A DNA stretch of 64,000 bases from Mytilus edulis (Eukaryota): assembly GCF_963676685.1 (NCBI RefSeq), contig NC_092350.1, positions 68,200,001 through 68,264,000 of the forward strand. Direction: 5' to 3'. A program made the position numbers and the translations under genes. This document shows, one piece after another, positions 1-12,239 of this stretch. Below the pieces are notes generated by a model. That model was not told the origin of the DNA. It ran no database searches and saw nothing but the letters and a program-made list of their open reading frames with translations. Position 1 is the first letter of the stretch; every line of letters begins with the position of its first letter.

Positions 1-569
1 AAGACTTTGACGTTGACCTTGATATGAAGTTCAATAGCTATTAATTTCAAATCAAAAGACCCTAAATCTATATGAACTGTCTTTTGAGAGTTTCACAGTA
101 ATCAAAACTGTATCTTATAATACATTATTATACAAACACTTGAACATAACTATAAAGTGTTCATTATCAAGTGAATAACATTCAAAATGTAGCACAAGTG
201 TCCAATTAATCGAGCATGCAATTGTGTATTCGATTAATGGACATTTCCTAGATTTATAGTAATGCAGGACAACTAAAGTGTATATGTGCGCCTACCTTGT
301 TAGTATTGGAATAGTTTCCATGTGATATTACAAGGTTTAACATAAGCAAAGCTGTTCGATGTTGTAAAATAAAAAGAAGGATTTTATACATGCCATTGCA
401 GCTATGATATTAACTGTTCACCATATACCATAAACAGGTTATTCTAAATGTAAACCCGCATTAGCTTATTCTCATGAAATGAAATGAGAGTATAAGACCC
501 TTCCTGAGCATAACTAATTATCATTTATTGGTTTTCTAAGAGTAATTCATATATCTTCAGCATGATATA

Positions 570-574
570 CTAAT
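570..574 (-). CDS. Gene A candidate terminal exon (Asp-stop)
   Basis: ttattttag acceptor followed by AT TAG gives G|AT TAG (D*), ~313 aa in total. The gene could instead continue beyond the window start. Confidence 0.35.
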
Positions 575-683
575 CTAAAATAATTAATGCTTTATGTTGA
601 AAACCGATTTTTTAATAGATGTATAGATGTATAGATTTTGTTACTCAGTACTAGGGTGTTTACATTCTTTTACAATATTTTAC

Positions 684-791
684 CCTTTGTACAGTTTTCT
701 CCTTTCCAACCAGTAGTACATGTGCAGTTGTATCCGTCTTTGAAATCCGTACATTTTCCCTTATTTTGACATGGGTTTGGATCACATTTAT
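684..791 (-). CDS. Gene A coding exon 6, EGF-like domain
   Basis: tctttatag / gtaaaa; KCDPNPCQNKGKCTDFKDGYNCTCTTGWKGENCTK has six-Cys EGF spacing; phase 1-1, compatible with exon 5. Confidence 0.85.
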
Positions 792-1627
792 CTATAAAGA
801 AACATTATTTGTAAATAAAAAACTATATACAGATATGTTTGCATGTTTCATATAATGACTTGTGTAAAAAATGGTTGGCCACTCTTGCACTTATGATATA
901 TTTTTTCGCGACCATGCAGTTTTTATATTTTGCTTTGTTGGAGGAATCCGAAGTATCAAGATATATCAACCGATTATTTCAAACATATAACGAATTCGGT
1001 GTGTAAGGTTAGTGTTTTATAACGATTAGTTTCCTTATAACGGTATATTAAAACTAATAGATTGTCCACACCTCGTTTTAGTTGTGAGAAAAAAACAAGC
1101 TATCAATGTTCGTGAACTACTTATGAATTTGTGTATGTTGAACACGGCAGTTCTTACAGTAAAAGCCTTTCAATTTCGACAAAATGATTTTTTTTCCGTT
1201 TTAGTTTGTTCTTACGATTAAAAAAATATTCTCTCTAACTTTTTCTTATTATTTTTTACTTCAGTAAATTAGGATTAAGATTGATCTAGACGTAACACTA
1301 ATTGTAAAAAGTTTAATTGTAATATATGTTTGTTAACGATACTTTTTAATATCATATTCGTTGTTACCATTCACCAGTAACAAATGCATCGGTGCTAGCT
1401 AAATGGTTTTATTCTGTAATACAGCCACATTTTTTATGAGTATCACAATATCATTAGTTCGAATCCCGGCGAAGGAAAAACGAAAATGAATTTAAGATTT
1501 TTGTGCTGATATTTAGAGTAATTGTGACTATGAAATGTGTTTGCATCCGTGTTTTCACTAATCATACAAGGGATATAGTTGTCATTTGTTTAGACGTACT
1601 TATATATATATACATATATTTCGTCTT

Positions 1628-1775
1628 GATAACAGCCCAACAATGTTAGATCTGTAAATTTTCGTTAGCAAATTGTTTGTTCTTCCCTGGCCGGGATTCG
1701 AACTTATGCTATTGAGTATCGTGGCACCAAATCGCCTTGCACTGTGTCCGACGCGCTAGACCACTCGTCCACTCA
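1628..1775 (-). mobile_element. tRNA-derived SINE
   Basis: Minus strand has A-box-like AGTGGTCTAGCG and B-box GTTCGAATCCCGG; a decayed opposite-strand copy lies at ~1390-1520 (gttcgaatcccggcgaaggaa). Confidence 0.7.
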
Positions 1776-2016
1776 GTTTTTGTAAGAAAATAATCTATTT
1801 GTCTTACTTGATGTATTTTTACAAGTTTTTGTCTCTCGGTTATGCATGTCTTTCTTTAACCTCTCGTGTTTGTTTGCGTCGTTAAATCAATTTGCTTATT
1901 AATAATATTTTTTTTTAATATGACATCTGTAATTAGTGTAGTCTCGAAAGGCATGCACGTGTCAATGTCTGATATTGCTAATTATTGTAAGTTTTATTTC
2001 AAGGTTATCTACTCAC

Positions 2017-2274
2017 ATATTTGATTAAATGCATATATGCTAAAAATGCTGCTGGTATCGGTATATACGACAGTCGGTGTGGATCTTTGGGATGTATTCC
2101 TCATTACTAACTGATTTTTATCAGCATAGTAAAAGTTACTACCAAATACACCCATAGCATAGTAGCGTTTAGCGGAATTTGTAGACATTATTGTTTTTTC
2201 ATCAGAACCATCATCATTAACGGATTTTATGTCTCCATCATAAGTTATCCAATACAGTCTGTGATTAGTTATAT
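2017..2274 (-). CDS. Gene A coding exon 5 (LYWIT and FYYAD blades)
   Basis: ttttag / gtgagt; DITNHRLYWITYDGDIKSVNDDGSDEKTIMSTNSAKRYYAMGVFGSNFYYADKNQLVMRNTSQRSTPTVVYTDTSSIFSIYAFNQI; homologous to 38935-39195 and 63177-63440. Confidence 0.9.
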
Positions 2275-2808
2275 CTAAAATTATATTGAAATGGTTTTAA
2301 AATAATTTTAATTCATTTATAACTTAACATCTACATTCAGTTTAACTAAAATGATTGTTAGAATTATTACTTTACACGATGCGTTCATGGGACGATTCAT
2401 CTCATAATAACTGTTTTAACATTGCATCAACCGGGAAAATATACACACCATTCGAATCATCGTCAAACTTAGGCCCATAAACCTACTATCAAATATTAAA
2501 CTCGACCACACTTGAAGATTATGTATGCATTAGGCCGTTAGTTTTCACGTTTGAATTGTTTTACATTTGTCATTTCGGTACCTTATATAGCTGACTATGT
2601 GGTGTTGACCGTACATTGTCGCGTTGGAAATCAAATTACATCTTCTTTTTTTGTACTTATTAGACAATGAGGTTAACCTTAGTTAAGAATTATCAGATTA
2701 CAAAAAAGTATTATGTATTGTTTTGTGTGATTGTAACATCTTATCATGGTAGTCATGTTTTCTATGTTATAGTTCAGTGAACGTTAAAATTAGCTTTTGA
2801 ATTGATTA

Positions 2809-4505
2809 CACTACAAACCATTAAAGTCTGAAATGGCCTATATCTGTACTCGACTGTACTGATTTTTACTCGACCAGTCTGCATTGGTCTGACTTTTACT
2901 TGACATTACTCGACCCCGGTCTGAACCATACTTGACTGTACTGAATCGTACTTGACCCTTATCTTTGCCGTTGAAAATAGTCTGAACTAATACTCGACCA
3001 GTCTGAAACAGTCTTAACCCATTCTCGACTTGTACTCGACCTATTTTTCCAGTCTGAACCATACTTAACCAAAGGTCTGAACAGTACTCGACCAGTCTGA
3101 ACCATACAAGACCAAAAAACTCTACTTTTTTAACTGATAAAATAAATTTCTATTTAATGACATATATAACAACAGCCAACAAAATTTATAAAAAAAATTA
3201 ACCTTATATTAGAAATATATCTATGATTATTTTTAGGATAAAGAAAAACAATTATATAAAAACTTATATCAAAAAGGGCTAATATTAAATAAATAAATAA
3301 AATTGTTTTTCTGATTAGTAGTGAAATATAAAGAATAACCACTGCTTGTGGCAAACTCATAAATAAGATCACACCTGGTCAGAGGTATTAAATTCTAAAT
3401 AACATTGATTCAAAATTGCAACATCCTGTTTAAGTTAAATAACAAGGCCTTTCAAATATACATGTATGTACTAGATAAGTAATACACGAATTTAAGAAAA
3501 TAGGGCTTTCTTTTTATCTGCAAAACACACATGTATTGAGGTAATTATAACATAGTAAAGTGCTTTCTGTATGCCATGTTAATTTGACAAAATAAATTAC
3601 TTAAATTAATTGAAATACATTTTTACTGTTACTTTGGAATACATTTCTTTTTTTAAAAAGGTTATCAAGGATTGCTATGGAAATTCTATTATCATGATTA
3701 CATTTATTTCTTGGTTTAATAAAACAAACCAATTAAGCTCTCATTTTTTTAAAATTTATTCAGTTGTTTTATATACTATTTTATATATATATTAATAAAA
3801 AAAAACATTCACTGCATTATTAATTCAACTCAACTAAATCTTTACTAGGTTTAAGTTAATGGTGAAAACAGTCCAGTTACCATAATATACTTCCGAAGTA
3901 TTCATAAAATTTTGAATAAATATTGAAAATATTAGTTATTTGTTAGTCACAATTCATTTTTTTAGATTATGTGATCAGCTTGTTTTATTTATATTTTAAA
4001 AGTTGATATATATGTTTACGTAAGTGTTGAATAATATTGTGTTGACGTTATATTATGATTGATTATTGTGAAATTTTAATTTCAATACTGTATTGAATAC
4101 ATTTTTAATTTCAATTTGTTGTTCAAATTTAATTTTTATTTAAAAAAAATCCTAAATTGATAAAATTCAGTTGATAGATACAAAGAATAGGTCTAGGTTG
4201 GTTTAGACTTGGTCGAGTATCGTTCAGACTAGGTCGAGTATGGTTAAGACATGGTCGAGTATGATTCAGACTAGGTCGAGTATGGTTCAGACTAGGTCCA
4301 GTACGGTTCAGACTAGGTCGATACGGTTCAGACTAGTATAAAATGGTTAAGTACTGGTCAAGTACACATTCAGACTGTTAAGTATGGTTCAGACTACAGT
4401 CGAGTATTATCAAGTAAATCTCAGACGAATTCAGACTGGTCGAGTAAAAATCAGTACAGTCGAGTACAGATATAGTCCATTTCAGACTTTTAATGGTTTG
4501 TAGTG
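2809..4505. mobile_element. Non-autonomous CACTA/EnSpm DNA transposon
   Basis: Ends CACTACAAACCATTAAA...TTTAATGGTTTGTAGTG, long TIRs, ~20-bp subterminal repeats (actcgaccagtctgaac) in opposite orientation at each end, TTA target-site duplication on both sides; AT-rich non-coding interior. Confidence 0.92.
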
Positions 4506-5142
4506 TTATAATCCTTATTATCATGATCAAGCAATTCAATAATCGTATCAACTATTTTCTCTTTTAAATTATGATTTTAAAAGCAATCACATTTTTCTTA
4601 TCAGGATTCCAATGGTGAGTCAAGATCAGTGCATATATTCTCATTCGTTTCCGCCGTATACATACATATTAAAAAACGGCAGTGAATGTTCCAGCACGTG
4701 TAATAAGCAGTGTTTGACACGACAAAATATGTCTTGAATCTATTGAAAAGGGGATTTGAACCGACACCAACACGGAGGATTGACTAAATTGATTTCCATG
4801 CTTAATAACACATCCGTAAAAATCATATACTTGATGATTTTCTATTAATTTCGATGACAATTGGATAAAAGTCCATGCATGTTTGGCATTTTGTATGAAA
4901 TGAATGTCTGTGACAGAAAAAAAGTCGACTGTTTCGTTTTTTTTTCTGCAGTCGTTTCCAGCTTTTGGTTTATATTGTGACCGTGGTGTGTATCTTTAAG
5001 AATATCTAGCTATGTTGATAGATTTACATATTGATAACGTTTTCAAAAATATTGTGGTTTATTTGTAATCACATAATGAATACTTTTCTGAATATTTACT
5101 TATTTTTATTGAATACAGCGTTCGGCAATTAAAAATGTTACT

Positions 5143-5212
5143 TGATGAGTCTTATGTAGACGAAACGCGCGTCTGGCGTATGCAATTATAATCCTGGTAC
5201 TTTTGATAACTA
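5143..5212 (+). repeat. 5'-truncated hammerhead-repeat copy
   Basis: tgatgagtcttatgtagacgaaacgcgcgtctggcgta..atcctggtac.tttgataacta; lacks the first C of the core and the 5' strand of stem I. Confidence 0.8.
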
Positions 5213-5402
5213 ATTACTTCTGTTTTTTTGGTTAATCTTATAATGATAAATCCATATACAACTATATGTTTATGTTATGTTTTGAAAATTACAGGCGCTT
5301 CTATATAGACAAATATTATAATTGCATAATTGCATGTAGAACATGTAGAAAGGCCTGTCTCAATATTGCTCTGTTTAATGTTCTTTTTCAAAACAAAAAC
5401 AA

Positions 5403-5404
<2 letters not shown>

Positions 5405-5492
<88 letters not shown>
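5405..5492. repeat. Compound (AT)n(AG)n microsatellite
   Basis: Directly visible. Confidence 0.99.
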
Positions 5493-6116
5493 GTATCGCT
5501 TTGCGGCAAAAGAGAATCAATTATATATTTAAAATTTATGTTAACAGTCACGGTCAAGTTCCGGATTGAAGTGTTTGTCAATGTTTGTGAGTAAGGACAT
5601 ACAGTTGTGACAAGATCTTTTTATGAAATGGAAAAAAAGTTGTGTTTAATTAACATCACTGAAAATGAATTCATAGCACCATGTTAAAATGTGTCTTTGG
5701 AATTGATCTTTCGTTGCATACACTAACCAGAGACATTGCAAAAAATCTCGAATTGATTACACACACGAAACATGGTTAAAAGTATCTAATGAAACATTTA
5801 GGCAAAATGTTGTGAAAACGTCCGAAGGTTCTAAAATGTGTCCTTACCTGCGTTCCCGTTTTTTTCTTTGAAATCATTGTTTTTCTTGTGTCTATAATGA
5901 GAGGAATATCAAGATTTGACGCACACACAACTCAGATTTAACTATGTCAGACTACTTAGACTTAATATTTTTATTAAAAATAAGTGATAATAGGAAGATA
6001 TTTAATAGACCGATAAGATATAATTGATGGATAGAAATACAGACCAGACAGATAAACGGACAGGGAATTTTAATTTTACTTGAGTTTACATACAAGAGAA
6101 TATTTGTGACACTTAC

Positions 6117-6238
6117 CTATATCCATGCAGACTACCCATACTAGGTTGTTTGATTTAAAGTTTGCAATAAAACTAAATTCAGTTAAATCGAATCTTGACT
6201 TAGATATTCCAGAAGTGTGGTATCCTATATATAGCCAT
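6117..6238 (-). CDS. Gene A coding exon 4
   Basis: ctttttcag / gtaagt; WLYIGYHTSGISKSRFDLTEFSFIANFKSNNLVWVVCMDI; phase 2-1; homologous to 42439-42548. Confidence 0.85.
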
Positions 6239-6922
6239 CTGAAAAAGAATGGAAATGTTATTCAATGTTCCAGCCTTTTTGGGTGTGTCTTAATCACCTA
6301 CTTACTACTTGCATTTTTAAAAAGGCGACTATACCAAGAATATTTGAAAAGAATGTTATTACTCAGAGGGTGAAATTTCTCCCATAGTCATTTAAGCAAC
6401 CTATTCAACGATGTATTAATAATACAGAAAAAAAATTAGGGGCATACGAGACAGTTATAAGGGAGGTCATGACGTTCCTAACGTTAGATGTTATTTTCGC
6501 GATGTCAAACTGTGACATATTGGGAAAAGATGCATTTTTCAACTGTTTTTATGATTTAAACTGATTTTAACGAGTATATGAACCCCTCTTTTATCATGTT
6601 TATACAATGGCATTATGTTTGATTACGTATGAAGATTATGTGTACCAATTTTAAAGAACAAGTCAACATTGATTTTTTTTTTTAAATTTGATAAATATAC
6701 TGCAAAAATTTGTGTTTGCCTATAATCTTGAAACTTTAAAAATATTTTTTTCCAAAGAACTGTTGTACATATGAAGAGCATATTTATGTAAATAAAATTT
6801 TCATAATATTTCTACAAAAATCCGCCTGTGTTTACATTGTATGTTTTGAAATAAATAAATAAGGTGTGTCTATCCAAAGGAAACGAATGTAAAAAAACGA
6901 AATTGTGAGTAAATGTCTATAA

Positions 6923-7333
6923 AAGATGGACGAAAGATACCAAAGGGACAGTCAAACTCATAAATCTAAAACAAACTGACAACGCCATGGCTAAAAATGA
7001 AAAAAGACAAACGGAAAAACAATAGTACACATGACACAACATAGAAAACTAAAGAATAAACAACACGAACCCCACCAAAAACTAGGGGTGATCTCAGGTG
7101 CTCAAGAAGGGTAAGCAGATCCTGCTCCACATGTGGCACCCGTTGTGTTGCTTATGTGATTACAAATCCGGTAAATAGTCTAATTCGGTAGATCACATTC
7201 ATGAAAGGGAAGGGGATTGTAGTTACGACGTAAAGAACATATCCGATATCATTTGTGAAACGGTTATTCCATAACGGTCAACCAACTCGTGATGGCGTCC
7301 GTAAAATTTACGAAGGGATGATTTCAACTTCAT
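6923..7333 (-). mobile_element. 3' fragment of an abundant retroelement (probably Penelope-like)
   Basis: Minus strand encodes ORF end KLKSSLRKFYGRHHELVDRYGITVSQMISDMF followed by a 3' tail; further copies at ~10195-10715, 60550-60740 and decayed at ~25980-26100. Confidence 0.7.
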
Positions 7334-8256
7334 ATTTATAACTTCGACTCCTTTGATCTCTTAAAGTAGCACATGAAGGTATATGTTTTATTACATATTT
7401 GAATTGCTTAGGTGAAAAAAGACAAGCTTGAACATATGTGAATAGGTCGGGAAAACTATCAAAAATATATGGTAAGGTCAATAGCGTTCCCATAACTTTT
7501 TCGTCTGTTATCTTTCTTGGTCATCCCGGCTGTGTCTTTATCAAACAATTTTCTCTCTTTTGGCACGTTGATACATGTATTCCACTTTTGCATTACATAA
7601 AATCCAAACAGTATGGGAAATATGAAAAGGCATACATTTTTAAAATCTAAAGTGTATGAAAAGGGTGGGATAACAGAACCCCAGCGACACGCCCTGTCAA
7701 TTAAGTATTGAAGTACCCCCCCCCCCCCCCCCCCCGAGATATTAGACAACAATTCAAAACATATAATCGATGATATATTTTTCCAAAAGCCACGACAATC
7801 AAGTAATCTTAGATTAAACGAATACAAGCAAGATATTTGCTTTTTTGAACAAATCGATAACGTACAATTACAGACAAAAAAACCAACGATAAAATAAAAA
7901 GGAAATCGTTGTAATATATTTATAAGCAAGACAATTGTGTATTTCTTTAGTCTGAAGACAAGAAACAGATGGTATATGTTCTAATTTATAAAATCACGTT
8001 CTCTTTGTACTACAATTTATTTTTGTTCATATGACAACATATATACTACTTTGTGTTATTCACGTTATAACAATGCATCCAATAAAAATAATACTCGCTG
8101 AACTAAGGTGATTTTGAACAGTAAGCAATTTAGTCTAAATGTGTTGCATCAGTCGTGCTAGCAAATGCGGGTTGCATTTAATGGCCTTAGTACTAAGATT
8201 TCTGATAGATATTAACGAAAGAAAGTGTTACAAATCTATTGGTATATATATATTAC

Positions 8257-8469
8257 CTGTTTTTAACATCTAGTCGTATCATAAAAGTGTTAATTAAACT
8301 TTTGTAAACAACTAAGTTGGTTCCGTCTGATTGGCATCTGGAAAGTGTGTCACCAAAATTATCAACCCAGTAAATATGATCATTGGTTGCATCAACAGCG
8401 ACACCTACTGGAGATCCCGATGTGTGTACAACATGCTGCAATGTGCTTTTCGCTGAGGGGTACGAAAAT
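8257..8469 (-). CDS. Gene A coding exon 3 (YWTD blade, IYWVD)
   Basis: tattcag / gtaata; FSYPSAKSTLQHVVHTSGSPVGVAVDATNDHIYWVDNFGDTLSRCQSDGTNLVVYKSLINTFMIRLDVKNR; classic LDLR class B repeat pattern; phase 2-2. Confidence 0.9.
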
Positions 8470-9589
8470 CTGAATAGGATATGAAAAGATATTTATGACC
8501 CATTGTGTTCGAGAATAGCTTTAAGCTATAACAAATTAAATTACTATAAATTTTTGTCCACCTTTTTCCTTAATACAAATGGTTAAATGCTCTGAAATAA
8601 GTATGCACGAATATGAGTGTGTTATTTTTCGTTTTTAATTACTTTGACAGAAATGAATGATGTATTTTGAACACATTATTTTTTTATAATTTAGGAATAA
8701 AAAGGAGCTCTGTTTTCGCTTTTTTGCAATACAAAATAAATTATCAAAATATATATTTGCATCTTTTTATAAACGAAAGCTTTCCCACTATACAAAAATA
8801 ATAATTGAAATAACGTACTCTAAATATTTTATACGTACCGTCGTTACAAATTAAAAATGAAAATGCTTTATAGCTCAATATTTGTTTTAGTGTTTATTCG
8901 GTTAAATTGGAAAAAATATCAATTATTATGCATATTTTTTTTTAATTTCTCTTGTTTAAAAAAAAAACAAGTTTTGCTGTAAAAGATTTTCAAATTCTTG
9001 AATATTCGAAATAAATATGATTGAAATGTTCAACTTGCTCGTCTTAATTGCCAAAAAAAAAAGCAACAACACATGATTAAAGATAGTACATTTAGCATAT
9101 GCTTTGAAGACTATATATATATATGTATAATTGTCTGTGTAGACTTATGTGAGAGGTTAATTAACATCAACTATATGATTTGGGGTTCTTACTATCACTT
9201 TATTGTTCGTAGTCATCAATTTGAAAATTTTACGGAATGAAACACAATTAAGTTGAGCGTTATGGAAAAATCAATAATATATATGTAGAATTGGAACGAT
9301 ATGTTCCAATTGTCGTAGCAACAATTGAAGTGTATTTATTCCATATCATCGAATACGAATTATCAGTAGCATCCTGTTTGCAATTCTACACAGATTGAAA
9401 CAAGTGAAGCAATAACTTGTTTTTCGTCTTTGTAGTTATATATTGTTTGAAACTTCCTGAAAATCCAGTCATTTTATAAAAGTCCTTAATTAAGCAAACG
9501 CATGTAACGTCTGTAACATATATACATCTAAAAAAAAAAAAGAAGTACATATATGGGAGTTCTCGCAGTCACTTACTAGTTCCAGGCCA

Positions 9590-9745
9590 AAACTCATCAT
9601 AGATACCAGGATCAAATTATGTACGCCAGACGATCTTTTCGTCTACAAAAGTTACGCCAGTGACACTCGAATAAAAAAGTTATATAGAAAAAAAAATATA
9701 GTACGAAGCTGAGAAGCATTCTGAACCAACAATTTTGAAAGATTT
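9590..9745 (-). repeat. Degenerate hammerhead-repeat copy in gene A intron 2
   Basis: Reverse complement GTGTCACTGGCGTAACTTTTGTAGACGAAAAGATCGTCTGGCGTAC..ATCCTGGTATC; core destroyed. Confidence 0.6.
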
Positions 9746-10750
9746 TGTCACAGAACAGACGTTGCAGGGTATTAATATATCAAAAACCACAGAAAAGACA
9801 CAAAGTACAGATCTGAAAATACTCGAAGTTACTGACTGCTAGTTCAAAGCCAAGTAATAAAAAGACCATCTAAGACTACAATACCAATCAATACACATCC
9901 AACATCATATGGTTTTAGTATTAAGAAGTAATTAACAGTCAGCGAAAAACATGATCTTGGGATTTGCCAAAATTCAGGTATCGACACACTCTAATAACGT
10001 GAAAAGGCATATTTACGTAACAATAATGTTTAGTATGGTTAAAATTTACAAAGTTATATTTTCAACATGTTAAAGGGAACGTTTAGATATTTTTTATTTC
10101 CTTTTACGAAAATTAATGACAATGCGCTTATGTAAAGCAATGCTTATTTGTCAACTTTATTTGTAAATTCAAAATAAACCATGATCCACATGTGAAAGAG
10201 AAGCGAAAGATACAATAAATCGAAAATGAACTGACGATGCCATGGCTAAAAAAAAAAGTCTAACACAAACAACATTACCCGAAACATAACAAAGAACACT
10301 GATAACTGAGCGCTTCGAACCCAACGAAACAATGGGGATGAATTCAGGTGCTCTTAAAGGAAAGAAGATCCTGTTCCACATGTGGAACCATTCGTAATTT
10401 CGTTTTGTTCATGTAAGTACAATTCACATTAACTTCAAGTCTTTTTCGGTATGGTACATTCGAGGAAAAGGGGACGGGATGATAGTTACGGCAATTTGAA
10501 CGTATCCGTCGATATATGTGAAACTGATATACCATCAAAGAGGAACGAAAGATACCAGAGGGACAGTCAAACTCATCAATCGAAAATAAATTGACAACGC
10601 CTGGCTAAAACTAAAAGAAGACAAACAGACAAACAATAGAACACATGACACAACATAGAAAACTAAAGAATAAGCAACACGAACCCCATAATAAAGGTCA
10701 ACAAAATCGTGATGATTTTATGTGAGCGTTTTTTCATTTCATTCTTCAGC

Positions 10751-11768
10751 AACTAGAGACCCTAAAGAGCCTGCATTGCTCACCTACATCTTCAACAATG
10801 GCAACTTTTAGTCGAAAATTACCATTAAGTGACAATAACTCTACAACGAGTTAAATGACACTTTCAGCCATTGTAGATTTTGACTTTTCTTATTAAAATT
10901 TCTATCTATCGATAATAGTTTTTAAAATAAACAGCAAACATAAAAAAAAGGGTTAATTTTGACATTCAAGGGAAATTACACCTTTAAGAAAACTACTAAC
11001 AGTAAAGTGTCAACAGGTGGATCTCAGGATTCTTATCATTTCTGCATTCAGTCTGATTTTCTCTCTTCGTAGCAGTTTTCAAGATAAAACTTGTATGTTA
11101 CCCTTTTGTTCTATTTTTCGGCGTGTCGGCCATTTTGTTTTGCAAGTGGGGTCATTGGACGTATTTATGTTAACTAGAGACCTCTTAAATGAGTGTGGCC
11201 AAGTTTACTCAAGTTTAACCCAGTAGTTTTAAAATAAAACACCTGAATAAGATATCAAACAAAAAACAAAACAAAAAAATATATTAAAGGGCAATGACTC
11301 TATAGGAGTCAGCTGACGTGTTCAGCCATTTGACTTTTTTGTAGACCTTGTCTTGTTGATCATTTCTGTTATTTAAAGTTCCTCCCTATCCTTTATAGAT
11401 TTCGAGATAATAGACAAAAATGAAGAAAAAAAAAGGTAAAATTTGACATTTAAAGACAATAACTTCTATAAGGAGTCGTCTGACATTTTGACATAATTAG
11501 ACAATTGATAGAGCTCAACGTTTTATCCATTTCCTATAATCATAACAGTTTTCGAGATAATAGACAAAACTTAAAATCTACCCATTTTTTTCTTATTTTA
11601 GCCGTGTTGGCCTTGTTGGTTTTCAGGCTGGTTTATTGGACACACATCTTTAAAGATGATGCAACATGTTAATTGTGGTCAAGTTTGGTTTAATTTGGCC
11701 ATGTAGTTTCAGAGGAGAAGTTTTTTTCAAAAGTTGACGGACGACAACGGACCAGGAGAGCTAAAAAT
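10751..11768 (-). mobile_element. Older HINE-type element
   Basis: Begins AACTAG + short palindrome + GCTCACCT and ends gacggacgac..AGGAGAGCTAAAAA; diverged internal repeats. Confidence 0.6.
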
Positions 11769-12239
11769 AGAGGCAATGCTAACAATTTTCATTATTTTAC
11801 CATTTACATGATTTTTTAAATGAGAAGGAAAAATGTGTGGTAAAATCATTGAGATATGCTTCTTAATCAAGAAAAAAAATATGCAGAATAATATTATGTT
11901 TTCAGAAAGGCAATTGTTAATTTGTATATATGTTTTAAGATATTGAAAACAACTTTTATTTCAATCGGAAATAAGAATTGTTCTCTTTCCTTTAAAATTG
12001 AATATTTGCGCTCCGTTTACATCAAGACAATTTTGAACATAAATGAAGTGAATGGATTATGACTACGAAAGCGTCTAAAAGTTACATAAATAAAAAGACA
12101 ATATATAATTTGATTACCACATTTAATATAAAAAGTATGTCGGCAATCATGATGAACAATCAAATCAATCCATCATAACAGTTGCAAATACAACCAAAGC
12201 ATACTCCAAAGAGTTGGTGGTGTTGCATCTTGCAGTAGA

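Noticed and set aside
1685-1775. Possible tRNA gene
   Set aside because: A and B boxes present but no cloverleaf or acceptor stem; followed by a repeat body, so a SINE.
2838-3062. 74-aa repetitive ORF and spaced 20-bp repeats
   Set aside because: Explained by the subterminal repeats of the CACTA element.
5266-5581. IY/RE-repeat ORFs
   Set aside because: Translations of the (AT)n(AG)n microsatellite.
7459-7929. 156-aa minus-strand ORF
   Set aside because: No recognisable domain, spans a poly-C tract and repeat remnants, and is not needed for gene A exon phases.
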